Part shown: in pieces, positions 26,503 through 34,949 of the stretch
How positions within the stretch are numbered: position 1 is the stretch's first letter
Layout: each line of letters opens with the position of its first letter
NCBI GenBank assembly: GCA_964433225.1
Contig: CAYSQA010000003.1
Span: forward strand, 1-56,445
Reading direction: 5' to 3'
Origin: an uncultured Pseudomonadales bacterium
GTDB taxonomy: Bacteria > Patescibacteriota > Microgenomatia > UBA1400 > PJMF01
Length of the DNA stretch: 56,445 nt
Translations under genes and position numbers: made by a program
Notes under the pieces: generated by a model
The model's input: the letters and a program-made list of their open reading frames with translations, nothing else
Database searches by the model: none
Told to the model about the DNA's origin: nothing

Positions 26503-26955
26503 TTAATTACCCTTATTAAAAATTTTTATTACTAACCACCAAAAGCTAGCAGTAATCGCTAAAACTAATGAACTACCAATCGCCCAAAAATCCAGTTCTA
26601 TTTGTTGTAGTTTTAGAAAAGCTAGCCATCCAAATAAAACACTGCTCAAAAAACCCCAGATTTTTCTTCTACCAAGAAAACTAAATAAAAAGAAGTTGCC
26701 CAGACCCAATAGAAAATGAAATGGCAAATAGCTATTGGGGAAAATCCAATTTTGTATAACAGTGGGATGAACAAAATTGATCAATAACCATAAACCGAAA
26801 TAACAAAGCATAGCCATAGTTAAGGTTGGTATTAATTGAAGGTAGTTTTGGAGTGGCTGGAGAGTTTTTTTTTGTTGTTTATTAAGAGGTTCTCTGTTTT
26901 TGATAGCAGGCTGGACAAGTGAGGTGTTTTTTAATCTTGATTTTGCGAGTTGCAT
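26503..26955 (-). CDS. Hypothetical membrane protein (150 aa)
   Basis: Four hydrophobic segments. No motif recognised. Confidence 0.55.
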   Translation of the reverse strand: MQLAKSRLKNTSLVQPAIKNREPLNKQQKKTLQPLQNYLQLIPTLTMAMLCYFGLWLLINFVHPTVIQNWIFPNSYLPFHFLLGLGNFFLFSFLGRRKIWGFLSSVLFGWLAFLKLQQIELDFWAIGSSLVLAITASFWWLVIKIFNKGN

Positions 26956-27004
26956 ATTTTACTTCTAGAGCCAAGCCTAATATTTGAGTATACTCCAGTC
27001 AACT

Positions 27005-28123
27005 ATGACACTATGGATTGTTCTTCTTTTTATTATTGTAATTGGTGGTTTTGTAATTTTGTATTTGACTTTGCAAAAATCTTTAACCAGTAAAATCTCA
27101 GCAGACCAGGAAATTGAAGACGTAGTTAATAAGGTTTTTGGGATGAGTGTTGGTAAAATTGCTGCTCAGAGCAAACAAATTTTACAAAGTGAAAAAGAAA
27201 ACATTAAAGTTGATTTGGATAATAAACAACGAGTAATTGAAAAACTAGTTGTAGATTTACAAAAAGACTTGGCTGATAGGCAAAAGGAAATTAGAGTTTT
27301 GGAGCAAGATCGAGTCAAAAAATTTGCAGAAATTACCAGTGCTTTGTCTGAGCATCGAGAGTTAACCAAAGATCTCAAGACCTCTACTGAGCAATTAGCC
27401 AAAGTATTATCTAATAACCAATCTAGAGGTGAGTGGGGAGAGCGAATTATTGAAGATTTGATGCAAGCTAATGGGTTGGTAGAAGGTGTTCACTATTTAC
27501 GCCAAACTAAGTTGGGGGCAACTACACTCAAACCAGATATTACTTTGTTATTACCTAATAAAAGATTGGTAGCAGTTGATGTTAAATTTCCTTATCAAGA
27601 AATTCAAAAAATGAGTGTGGCAGAAACCAAGAAAGCTAAAGAAGATCACCTCAAACAGTTTGGTCTTGATTTAAAAACAAAAATTAATAAAGTGGCTGAG
27701 TATATTAAGCCAGAAGAAGATACTTTGGATTATGCCATTCTTTTTGTACCAAATGAGATGGTTTTCTCTTTTATTAATCAACAGTTTTCTAACTTGGTTG
27801 ATTATGCTTTGGCCAAGAGAATTATTTTAGTTTCTCCTTTTACTTTCTTGATTGTGGCTAGAACCGTGATGGAAAGTTATCGCAACTTTATGATTGGGGA
27901 TAAACTCAAAGAAGTAGTTAAATATGTTGATGATTTTGTTCAAGAGTGGGGCAAGTTTAGAGAAGAATTTGATAAATTTGGTCGATCAATCGATACCTTG
28001 AAGGGTGGTTATGAAAAAATCACTGAAACTCGGGCTAAACAAATGGAAAGAAAAATCGAAAAGATTGAAGCTTATAGACAAGGCTCAACTAATTTACTAG
28101 CTGATAAAAAACAGGTTTCATAA
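27005..28123 (+). CDS. rmuC: DNA recombination protein RmuC
   Basis: N-terminal TM, long coiled-coil, NNQSRGEWGERIIEDLMQANGL and LPNKRLVAVDVKFP. ATG at 27005 is preferred to the TTG at 26984. Confidence 0.85.
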   Translation: MTLWIVLLFIIVIGGFVILYLTLQKSLTSKISADQEIEDVVNKVFGMSVGKIAAQSKQILQSEKENIKVDLDNKQRVIEKLVVDLQKDLADRQKEIRVLEQDRVKKFAEITSALSEHRELTKDLKTSTEQLAKVLSNNQSRGEWGERIIEDLMQANGLVEGVHYLRQTKLGATTLKPDITLLLPNKRLVAVDVKFPYQEIQKMSVAETKKAKEDHLKQFGLDLKTKINKVAEYIKPEEDTLDYAILFVPNEMVFSFINQQFSNLVDYALAKRIILVSPFTFLIVARTVMESYRNFMIGDKLKEVVKYVDDFVQEWGKFREEFDKFGRSIDTLKGGYEKITETRAKQMERKIEKIEAYRQGSTNLLADKKQVS

Positions 28124-29236
28124 TTTTGATTTATTAAATTCTTGGTCAAAGAACTTTAAATCTCTTTGAATCACCGTGTTCCAGACAGGTAGCATATTGT
28201 GATCTGCGCCAGGATAGGTGTAGTAATCTAATTCAATAGTTGGTTGGTTGCTCTCTTCTCTTTTAGTATTGATGGCGGCTATTTTTTGGACAAACTCATC
28301 AGACCAAGTTTTAAGGGCAGCCTCATCGGCGGTCCCATGATGAAGTTGAATTGGCCCAATTAGTGATTCTAAATATTGTGTCAGACTAAACTCTCTTGGG
28401 TCATAGTTTTTTTCAAATTCACTCAGCCACATTCTAGTAGCCCGACCCTCATCTGCCATTTCATCGGTATAGAACAAGACAGAATAAGGGAACGGCACAG
28501 TAACTGGCGCCCACAAGGTAGTTGGAATGGCTTGTTCTAGGATTTCTAGACTGGTTAAAGCAATTTGACCACCATTGCTGTGGGCCCAAATGCCTAGTTT
28601 TTCTGGGTCTAAACTAGCTTTTTGAGTAGTTTCAACTGAATAAAACTCCAAGAAGGCCTGAGTTCTAAGAGTGGAGATTAGCTCAACAATTTGAATCGGC
28701 TTGATAAATCTTGCCTCCCAGCTGTCTGTTGGTTCTGGATCACTTTCTCCATAACCAAGAAAGTCAGGGGCAATAGTGATGTAGCCTGTCTCAGCAAAAA
28801 CCTTAGCAGCATTCTGAGTACCAGTCCCTGTTTGATAGGTTTCCAAAGGAACATAACCTCTAATCAATAAGATAACTGGAGTAGGTACCGTTGGATTTTG
28901 AATAGCTTCTTTAGGAATATTAAGTTGTCCAGTAATTTTTTGTTGGTTGCTCAAATATGAAAATAAGTAGGTATTATGAGTAGGATTTTCAGTAATGATT
29001 TTTTCTAAAGTAATTTGACTAGGAGCATAGCGACGAGTTTTCAGGTTTGGAATAGTGTATTGCAGTAGGGTTAGCTCTTTTTTTACTAGGTTTTTATCGA
29101 CAAAGGGAGAAAGCAATGGTGTTTCTTGGGTAATGGGAAAAAAATTGCCCAACATAAAACCACTAAAAGTAGTGAGTAGGACTAATAATGTCAAGAAAAT
29201 TTTTTGTTGATGGAGTTGCCAAAAACTAGCTTGCAC
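28118..29236 (-). CDS. Secreted or membrane-anchored alpha/beta hydrolase (S9/dienelactone hydrolase-like)
   Basis: N-terminal hydrophobic anchor, nucleophile elbow WAHSNGG and C-terminal GADH. GTG start. Confidence 0.7.
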   Translation of the reverse strand: MQASFWQLHQQKIFLTLLVLLTTFSGFMLGNFFPITQETPLLSPFVDKNLVKKELTLLQYTIPNLKTRRYAPSQITLEKIITENPTHNTYLFSYLSNQQKITGQLNIPKEAIQNPTVPTPVILLIRGYVPLETYQTGTGTQNAAKVFAETGYITIAPDFLGYGESDPEPTDSWEARFIKPIQIVELISTLRTQAFLEFYSVETTQKASLDPEKLGIWAHSNGGQIALTSLEILEQAIPTTLWAPVTVPFPYSVLFYTDEMADEGRATRMWLSEFEKNYDPREFSLTQYLESLIGPIQLHHGTADEAALKTWSDEFVQKIAAINTKREESNQPTIELDYYTYPGADHNMLPVWNTVIQRDLKFFDQEFNKSKL

Positions 29237-29260
29237 AAAAATAGTATAGCTGAATACTAG

Positions 29261-29437
29261 CTAATTTAAATCGTCTATCATCTCTTCGGCAAATTCCTGA
29301 TCTTCAGGGTCTTCTGAGCTAGAGATAGTAAGATATGTTTGCCAAATAGCTGAGATAGCATCTGACTGTTCATGATTTTCAGTGGTGTGCTCTGTGCTTC
29401 CACAGTGTTTACATGATATTTGGGAGAGTGTTTCCAT
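29261..29437 (-). CDS. Possible 58-aa mini-protein with CX2CX4HX4H knuckle and acidic tail
   Basis: My own translation: METLSQISCKHCGSTEHTTENHEQSDAISAIWQTYLTISSSEDPEDQEFAEEMIDDLN. No Shine-Dalgarno upstream. Below the ORF-track length cutoff. Confidence 0.3.
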   Translation of the reverse strand: METLSQISCKHCGSTEHTTENHEQSDAISAIWQTYLTISSSEDPEDQEFAEEMIDDLN

Positions 29438-29479
29438 AGTTTTTTTAATTGTTAATTTACTAGATAAATATATATTTTG

Positions 29480-29800
29480 TGGCAGAAGCTTGAAGGTGTC
29501 TCCCCGCCAGTTAAACTGGCGAGGAGATTTGTGGAGTTAGACCTGCCGAGATTGGCTAGGTCGGACCGGTTGTGTTGGCCGGCTGACTTTTTTGGGTTTT
29601 TTGCTTTTCTTGCGAGGAACGAGTTTTTTGAACAGGTCCCGAACAATTGTTAAGCGAATAGCCATAAAAGTGTCTCCTTCCTTTAGGGACCTTCAGTCCG
29701 CTTGTCATCGCAGTGACGACTGAGACCGAAGGGAGGTCTTTTGGAAAAGCCCTCTGGTTTTAGCTTGTTTTAAGCCAGTACCAGAGAGCTCTTTTTTTAG
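29480..29800. other. G+C-rich, hairpin-dense noncoding element (unclassified structured RNA or long 5' leader)
   Basis: Hand-folded hairpins at 29499-29527, 29540-29562, 29566-29582, 29693-29723, 29724-29738 and 29752-29786, with a T7 run at 29792-29798. The composition contrasts sharply with the AT-rich flanks. Confidence 0.5.
29537..29665 (-). CDS. Possible 42-aa highly basic mini-ORF embedded in the structured element
   Basis: My own translation: MAIRLTIVRDLFKKLVPRKKSKKPKKVSRPTQPVRPSQSRQV. It is preceded by GGAAGGAG (29674-29681) 8 nt from the ATG. The G+C-rich codons (CGG, CCG, CGA) coincide with hairpins, so coding is doubtful. Confidence 0.25.
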   Translation of the reverse strand: MAIRLTIVRDLFKKLVPRKKSKKPKKVSRPTQPVRPSQSRQV

Positions 29801-29867
29801 TTATTTTTTCAAAGAGCGGTAGTTATAACTGCAAACAAATCTTGATTGGAAAGTTTTAACTCGAGTA

Positions 29868-29876
29868 ATTATATCA
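29868..29876 (-). promoter_or_regulatory. Extended -10 promoter element TGaTATAAT on the minus strand
   Basis: The reverse complement of attatatca is TGATATAAT. It would start a transcript near 29861 reading into the structured element. Confidence 0.4.
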
Positions 29877-29937
29877 CAGCATATCAAATACGCCTCTTTA
29901 TCAGAGAAGAGTCCTACTAAGATCTGAAAAGTCTGGT

Positions 29938-29943
29938 TATAAT
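29938..29943 (+). promoter_or_regulatory. TATAAT -10 box placed for a leaderless aspS mRNA
   Basis: The TATAAT ends 7 nt before the aspS ATG (29951). No purine-rich Shine-Dalgarno lies between them. Confidence 0.3.
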
Positions 29944-29950
29944 ACCAACT

Positions 29951-31360
29951 ATGACAGAACGAACTTATATTGCTCAAACTCCAGAGTTAGTTGGTGAAAC
30001 GGTGGTTTTACAAGGTTGGGTGGATACCAAGAGAGATCACGGCAAATTAACCTTTATTGATTTACGAGACAAGAGTGGCATTGTGCAGTGTGTTGGTTGG
30101 CAGATGATGGGTGAGCTAACTTCTGAATCGGTGCTTGCTATTACTGGTTTGGTTAAACAACGACCAGAAAAATTAGTTAACAAAGATTTAGTTACCGGTA
30201 GTATTGAAATTGAAGTTAAAGAATATGAAGTTTTAAATAAAGCCAAAGAGTTGCCAATTTCTGTTGATACTGATGGTAAAGAGATTAATGAAGAAGCTAG
30301 GCTCAAGTTCAGGTATTTAGATTTGCGTCGTAAAAGAATGCAAAAAATTATCAGAATGCGTTCTGAATTTATCAGAGCCATTCGTGATGGTTTGTATGCT
30401 GAAGAATTCGTCGAAATCGAGACCCCAATGTTGACCAAATCCACCAAAGAAGGAGCTCGCGATTTTTTGGTACCTTCGAGGTTTAATCCAGGTAGGTTTT
30501 ATGCTTTGCCCCAAAGTCCACAACAGTATAAACAATTACTAATGACGGCTGGTTTTGAACGTTATTTTCAAGTAGCTCGTTGTATTCGTGATGAAGATTT
30601 GCGAGCAGATCGTGGCTTTGAGTTTACTCAGTTAGATCTAGAAATGAGTTTTGTTAATCAGCAACAAGTAATGGATTTGGTGGAAAAAACAGTCAAACAA
30701 GCCGTTAAAAAAGTTGGTGGTCAACTGCAAAGTGAAAAGTTCCCTGTAGTAACTTATCAAGAGGCAATGGAAAAATATGGTGAGGATCGTTTTGATTTGC
30801 GAACCGAAGAAGAAAAAGAACAAGGGGTGTTGGCTTTTGCTTGGGTGATTAATTTTCCTTTTTTCAAAAAAGTTGATAAGAAAGATATCGCTGAAGTTAG
30901 AGATGGCAAGAGTGGTTGGACATTTACGCACAATCCTTTTAGTACTCCTTTGCCAGAAAATGAACAAGATCACCTGGCTAAGACAAACATTGAAAAGATC
31001 ATGACAGCTCAATATGATTTGGTTTGTAATGGTTATGAAGTAGGTGGTGGAAGTATCAGAGCTCATAAACCAGAATTGTTAAAAGCTACTTTTGAGATTA
31101 TGGGTTATACGGCAGATCAGATTGAGGCTGGTGTGGGTCATATGTTAAAAGCCTTTGAGTTGGGGACTCCTCCTCATGGCGGAATTGCTTTGGGCTTGGA
31201 TAGATTGGTGATGTTATTGGCTGGAGAAGAATCTTTGAAAGAAACAATTGCTTTTCCAATGACTTCTTCAGGTAAAACCGCGGTGATGGATGGTCCTAGT
31301 GAAGTAGATCCAGAACAGTTAAAAGAACTATCGTTAACAGTTAATCCGGATAAAAAATAA
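29951..31360 (+). CDS. aspS: Aspartate--tRNA ligase, bacterial-type core lacking the large insertion domain (469 aa)
   Basis: OB anticodon domain, FRYLDLRR, FVEIETPMLTKSTKEGARDFLVPSR, ALPQSPQQYKQLLM, class II motif 2 RCIRDEDLRADRGFEFTQLD and motif 3 GGIALGLDR. Confidence 0.93.
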   Translation: MTERTYIAQTPELVGETVVLQGWVDTKRDHGKLTFIDLRDKSGIVQCVGWQMMGELTSESVLAITGLVKQRPEKLVNKDLVTGSIEIEVKEYEVLNKAKELPISVDTDGKEINEEARLKFRYLDLRRKRMQKIIRMRSEFIRAIRDGLYAEEFVEIETPMLTKSTKEGARDFLVPSRFNPGRFYALPQSPQQYKQLLMTAGFERYFQVARCIRDEDLRADRGFEFTQLDLEMSFVNQQQVMDLVEKTVKQAVKKVGGQLQSEKFPVVTYQEAMEKYGEDRFDLRTEEEKEQGVLAFAWVINFPFFKKVDKKDIAEVRDGKSGWTFTHNPFSTPLPENEQDHLAKTNIEKIMTAQYDLVCNGYEVGGGSIRAHKPELLKATFEIMGYTADQIEAGVGHMLKAFELGTPPHGGIALGLDRLVMLLAGEESLKETIAFPMTSSGKTAVMDGPSEVDPEQLKELSLTVNPDKK

Positions 31361-31409
31361 TTTTATCTGGCTCTAGAGCATTAGTAAAAAAATCCTTACA
31401 ATTGGTTTT

Positions 31410-32390
31410 GTGCAGAAAAAATCTCGGTATTTATTTAGTTGGTTTTATTTGTCGTTGCTAGTCACGATTTTAAGTGTTGAAGGACTATTACTCCTGAGAA
31501 AAAAAGGTTTTTTCTATCAAGCTCCACAATACGAAGTAAATTTATTTACTGAGTTTGAACAGCCCATCTTTGTAGCTAGCGAATCGGCCCAATTGGTCAT
31601 GACTGCTGAACAACTAGCTAGTCATGTGACAGCAGAAGCATATTTTGTGATTGATAATACTACGCAAACGATTTTATTGGAAAAAAATCCTCAATTACCT
31701 CTTTCTCCGGCTTCAACTACTAAGTTAATGACTGTTTATACCGCTCTGAAAAATTACGATTTAGACCAAGTGATTGCTGTCTCTACCGCTTCAGTGAAAG
31801 CAAATAATGGCGTTGGGTTTTTTCCATTAGAACAAGTGAAAGTAAAAGATCTAGCAGCTGCATCATTAGTTAGTTCAGCCAATGATGCTGCTTATGCTTT
31901 AGCCGATGGTTTTGTTGATGGTTATGAGCAGTTTGTCGAAGAAATGAATAAATTTACTCAAGAATTGAATTTAACAAGTACTTATTTTACTAATGCTGTT
32001 GGTTATGATCATCCTGATAATTTAAGCACTGCTCATGATTTGGCAGTTTTAACCATGAAGGTTTTTCAAGAAAAACCAATTGCAGAATGGATGAGTCTAA
32101 AGAACTATGTAGTGGAGAGTATTGATGGCAAAACCCGGCATTTTCTTTTTTCAACCAATGAACTTTTGGGTAGTGAAGTAGGAGTGATTGCTGGTAAAAC
32201 TGGCACAACCCCTTTGGCCAAAGAAGTATTGGTGAGTGTTAGTGAAGTCAACCAACATCAATATATTACTGTGGTTATGGGAAGTGAAGATCGTTATCAG
32301 GATACAAGTTTGTTACTTAATTGGTTAAAAGATAATTTGCAATGGCAAAAAGTCGAGTTTCCTCTCCAAATTAGTAAAGAAAGTTTGTAG
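31410..32390 (+). CDS. Serine-type D-Ala-D-Ala carboxypeptidase (peptidase S11 / PBP5-like)
   Basis: N-terminal anchor, SPASTTKLMT (SxxK), SSAND (SxN) and KTGTT (KTG). GTG start. Confidence 0.85.
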   Translation: MQKKSRYLFSWFYLSLLVTILSVEGLLLLRKKGFFYQAPQYEVNLFTEFEQPIFVASESAQLVMTAEQLASHVTAEAYFVIDNTTQTILLEKNPQLPLSPASTTKLMTVYTALKNYDLDQVIAVSTASVKANNGVGFFPLEQVKVKDLAAASLVSSANDAAYALADGFVDGYEQFVEEMNKFTQELNLTSTYFTNAVGYDHPDNLSTAHDLAVLTMKVFQEKPIAEWMSLKNYVVESIDGKTRHFLFSTNELLGSEVGVIAGKTGTTPLAKEVLVSVSEVNQHQYITVVMGSEDRYQDTSLLLNWLKDNLQWQKVEFPLQISKESL

Positions 32391-32399
32391 AATAAGGAC

Positions 32400-33503
32400 A
32401 TGGCTTCTAGTTCTAGTATTCAACCACCAACAACTAACTTGACTGCCGCAACCAAGGCTGGTCGATTATTTGTTAAATACGGTACCATTACTTTGGTCGT
32501 TTTGATGGTGGGAAGAATGCTGTTATCTGCTTTTATTGCTTATTGGAAGGCTACTCATCCTGCACCACCACCACCACCCACGGTTGGTTTCGGAGTTTTG
32601 ACTGATATTAAGTTTCCTTTACAGACAGAAGCTGACCGTCCAAAGAGTTATCGTTTAGAAACTGGTTTGGGAAATCGTTTGCCAGAATTTGATATTGATC
32701 GAGCAAAAGTTTTCTTGATGCCCAGGGCTTCGGCTAATCTTTTGGCTGATCAAGAAATCAAGAAAATTGCTGCTACCTATGGTTTTATTTTTGAACCTCA
32801 ACTGTTGGATAGCCGAACTTATCGCTGGACCAAAACAGGAGTTTTAGATGCTAGTTTGGAAATAGATATCAGAAACAAGACGTTTTCTTACAAAACTAAT
32901 TATTTGTCAAAACCAGAGCTAATTGTCAGTACTGGCAAGACTCCTGAAGAATATGACGCTGTTAGAAGAGTCAAAGCTTTCTTGGATAGAACCGATTTAT
33001 TGCCAGAAGATATCGCTACTGCTCCAGGTGAAGCTGTATTTTTGAAGTCTTTAGGAGGTGAACTTGAAGAGGCTTTTTCTTTATCTGATGCAGATTTCAT
33101 TCAAATTAACTTAGATAGAACAGTTGTCGATGAACAATATGAAATGTACAATCCAGATCCTAAGAAAGGAGTGATCACAGCAGTTATTTCTGGGGTTTTA
33201 TCTGGTCAAGAAAGTATCGTTGATTTGGAGTATCATTACCGGCCAATAGACTATACTCAAGTTGAAACCTATCCAGTTAGATCAGCTCGATCTGCTTGGC
33301 AGGTTCTACAATCTGGCGGTGGTTATGTAGCAGCCAAGGGGAAAAGTGAGGAAGCCGTCATTAGAGAAGTTAAGCTTGGTTATTACGAAGATTGGGAAAA
33401 CGAACAAGAATATTTGCAACCAATTTATGTCTTTACTGGAGACAATGGGTTTGTCGGTTATGCTCCGGCAATTGATCCTCAGTATTTGATTGAAGGAAAT
33501 TAA
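32400..33503 (+). CDS. Hypothetical membrane-anchored extracytoplasmic protein (367 aa)
   Basis: One TM segment followed by a PAPPPPPT linker. No motif recognised. Confidence 0.6.
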   Translation: MASSSSIQPPTTNLTAATKAGRLFVKYGTITLVVLMVGRMLLSAFIAYWKATHPAPPPPPTVGFGVLTDIKFPLQTEADRPKSYRLETGLGNRLPEFDIDRAKVFLMPRASANLLADQEIKKIAATYGFIFEPQLLDSRTYRWTKTGVLDASLEIDIRNKTFSYKTNYLSKPELIVSTGKTPEEYDAVRRVKAFLDRTDLLPEDIATAPGEAVFLKSLGGELEEAFSLSDADFIQINLDRTVVDEQYEMYNPDPKKGVITAVISGVLSGQESIVDLEYHYRPIDYTQVETYPVRSARSAWQVLQSGGGYVAAKGKSEEAVIREVKLGYYEDWENEQEYLQPIYVFTGDNGFVGYAPAIDPQYLIEGN

Positions 33504-33505
33504 TT

Positions 33506-34942
33506 ATGAAAACAGTAGTTAGAACTAGAATGGCTCCTAGTCCCACCGGAGAATTACATGTGGGAGGGATGTCAACTTTATTAAAAAATTACGCTTGGGC
33601 AAAAAAAAATGGAGGTCAGTTTATCTTACGAATTGAAGATACTGATAAAGAAAGAGAAGTTCCCGGTGCAGTGGCTGAAATTCAACAAGTAATTAGAGAT
33701 TATGGTCTTGATTGGGATGAAGGACCTGGTAAGGGCGGGGAGTTTGGTCCCTATATTCAATCTCAAAGAATGGAAATTTATCAACAAAAAGCTGAAGAAT
33801 TAGTTGCTAATGGTCAGGCTTATTATTGTTTTTGTACTAAGGAAAGATTAGAAAAAGTTCGTGAAGAACTAAAAGCTAACAAACAGCCACCTAAATATGA
33901 TAAGCACTGCCGAAGTTTAACTTCAGCTGAGGCCCAAGCTAAAAAAGAAGCTGGTGAGTCATGTGTCATTAGACTTAAAGTCCCAGAAGATAAACCTGTA
34001 GTGGTAGATGATTTATTAAGAGGAGAAATCATTATTAATTCTAATCAAGTTGATGATCAAGTTTTACTTAAGTCAGATGGTTATCCAACTTACCACTTGG
34101 CTGTAGTGGTAGATGATCATTTGATGAATATTTCTCATATTATGCGTGGTGAGGAATGGATTAGTTCTGCTCCCAAGCATGTTTTACTTTATGAAGCTTT
34201 TGGTTGGGAAAAACCGACTTTTGTGCATATTCCAGTTTTTCTAAATCCCGATGGTAAAGGTAAAATGAGTAAGAGAAAAGGGACTGTCTCTGCCAGATCA
34301 TTTTTGGATCGAGGTTATTTACCAGAAGCAATGTTGAATTTCTTTATGATTTTGGGTTGGGCCAAAGAAGATCAAGAAGAAGTAATGACTTTAGCAGAAT
34401 ATATCGAGGCTTTTGATCCAAAAGATCTTAGCCCAAAATCAGTGGCTTTTGATTTACAAAAACTAAATTGGTTAAATGGTGTCTATATTAGAAAGCTACC
34501 AATGAAGCTTCTAGCAGAGAAACTCCAACCTTTTTTACCGGCGAATTTTCCTAAAGATAAATTAACTGCTATTTTACCGTTGGTTTTTGAGCGGCTAGTG
34601 ACTCTGGCTGATATTGATGAGCTAACTCAGTTCTTTTATCAAGATGAACAACCAGATCAACAACTATTGCTTAAAAAGGCAACACCAAGTTTGGTGGCCG
34701 AGCAGTTGACAATGACCATCAAGGAATTAACGAAGATTGATGATTGGCGAGCAGAAAACCTCGAATCAGCAATTAGAGTTTTGCAAGAAAAAAATGATTG
34801 GCATAGAGGCCAATACTTTATGTTGCTTAGATTGGCCGTGACCGGTAGAAAAGCAACACCGCCATTATTTGAAACAATGGCGGTTATTGAAAAACCAACA
34901 GTTCTAGCTAGACTAGATAAAGCAATTAAGTTAGTGAATTAA
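33506..34942 (+). CDS. gltX: Glutamate--tRNA ligase
   Basis: RMAPSPTGELHVGG (HIGH) and KMSKRKG (KMSKS). Confidence 0.94.
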   Translation: MKTVVRTRMAPSPTGELHVGGMSTLLKNYAWAKKNGGQFILRIEDTDKEREVPGAVAEIQQVIRDYGLDWDEGPGKGGEFGPYIQSQRMEIYQQKAEELVANGQAYYCFCTKERLEKVREELKANKQPPKYDKHCRSLTSAEAQAKKEAGESCVIRLKVPEDKPVVVDDLLRGEIIINSNQVDDQVLLKSDGYPTYHLAVVVDDHLMNISHIMRGEEWISSAPKHVLLYEAFGWEKPTFVHIPVFLNPDGKGKMSKRKGTVSARSFLDRGYLPEAMLNFFMILGWAKEDQEEVMTLAEYIEAFDPKDLSPKSVAFDLQKLNWLNGVYIRKLPMKLLAEKLQPFLPANFPKDKLTAILPLVFERLVTLADIDELTQFFYQDEQPDQQLLLKKATPSLVAEQLTMTIKELTKIDDWRAENLESAIRVLQEKNDWHRGQYFMLLRLAVTGRKATPPLFETMAVIEKPTVLARLDKAIKLVN

Positions 34943-34949
34943 GCTTTTT

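Noticed and set aside
29452-29646. 64-aa ORF from the ORF track (MFGTCSKNS...).
   Set aside because: It has no ribosome-binding site and its composition looks like a translated structured region. It overlaps the hairpin-dense element in a different frame from the Shine-Dalgarno-preceded mini-ORF.
29670-29698. Minus-strand GACTGAAGGTCC-CTAAA-GGAAGGAGAC resembles the SRP RNA helix 8 core (CAGGUCAGGUCC-GGAA-GGAAGCAGCC).
   Set aside because: The loop is a pentamer rather than GNAR. The flanking nucleotides cannot form the closing helix below the symmetric loop. The GGAAGGAG is better explained as a Shine-Dalgarno 8 nt before an ATG.
29480-29860. tmRNA or RNase P RNA, given that the length of about 330-360 nt fits.
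   Set aside because: On neither strand could I find a GGGG...UCCACCA acceptor pairing, a T-arm (GGUUCRAAUCC) or an alanine-rich tag frame. I also found no RNase P P4 strands (GAGGAAAGUCC / ACAGAA...GGCUUA).
29480-29950. T-box leader regulating the downstream aspS gene.
   Set aside because: There is no GGGUGGUACCGCG-like T-box sequence and no AGAGA or distal-loop motifs. The hairpin-plus-T-run ends about 150 nt before aspS, which has its own -10 box adjacent to the ATG.
30037-31066. Antisense ORFs of 136, 72 and 142 aa inside aspS. The same applies to 51483-51959 inside the hisC-like gene and 14778-15044 opposite trxA.
   Set aside because: They lie within genes that have strong motif support, and they have no motifs or ribosome-binding sites of their own.
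33601-33609. A9 run in gltX as a second recoding site.
   Set aside because: It lies about 30 codons into an essential catalytic domain, where a truncated product would be useless. It shows that long A-runs occur by composition alone, which tempers the dnaX interpretation.
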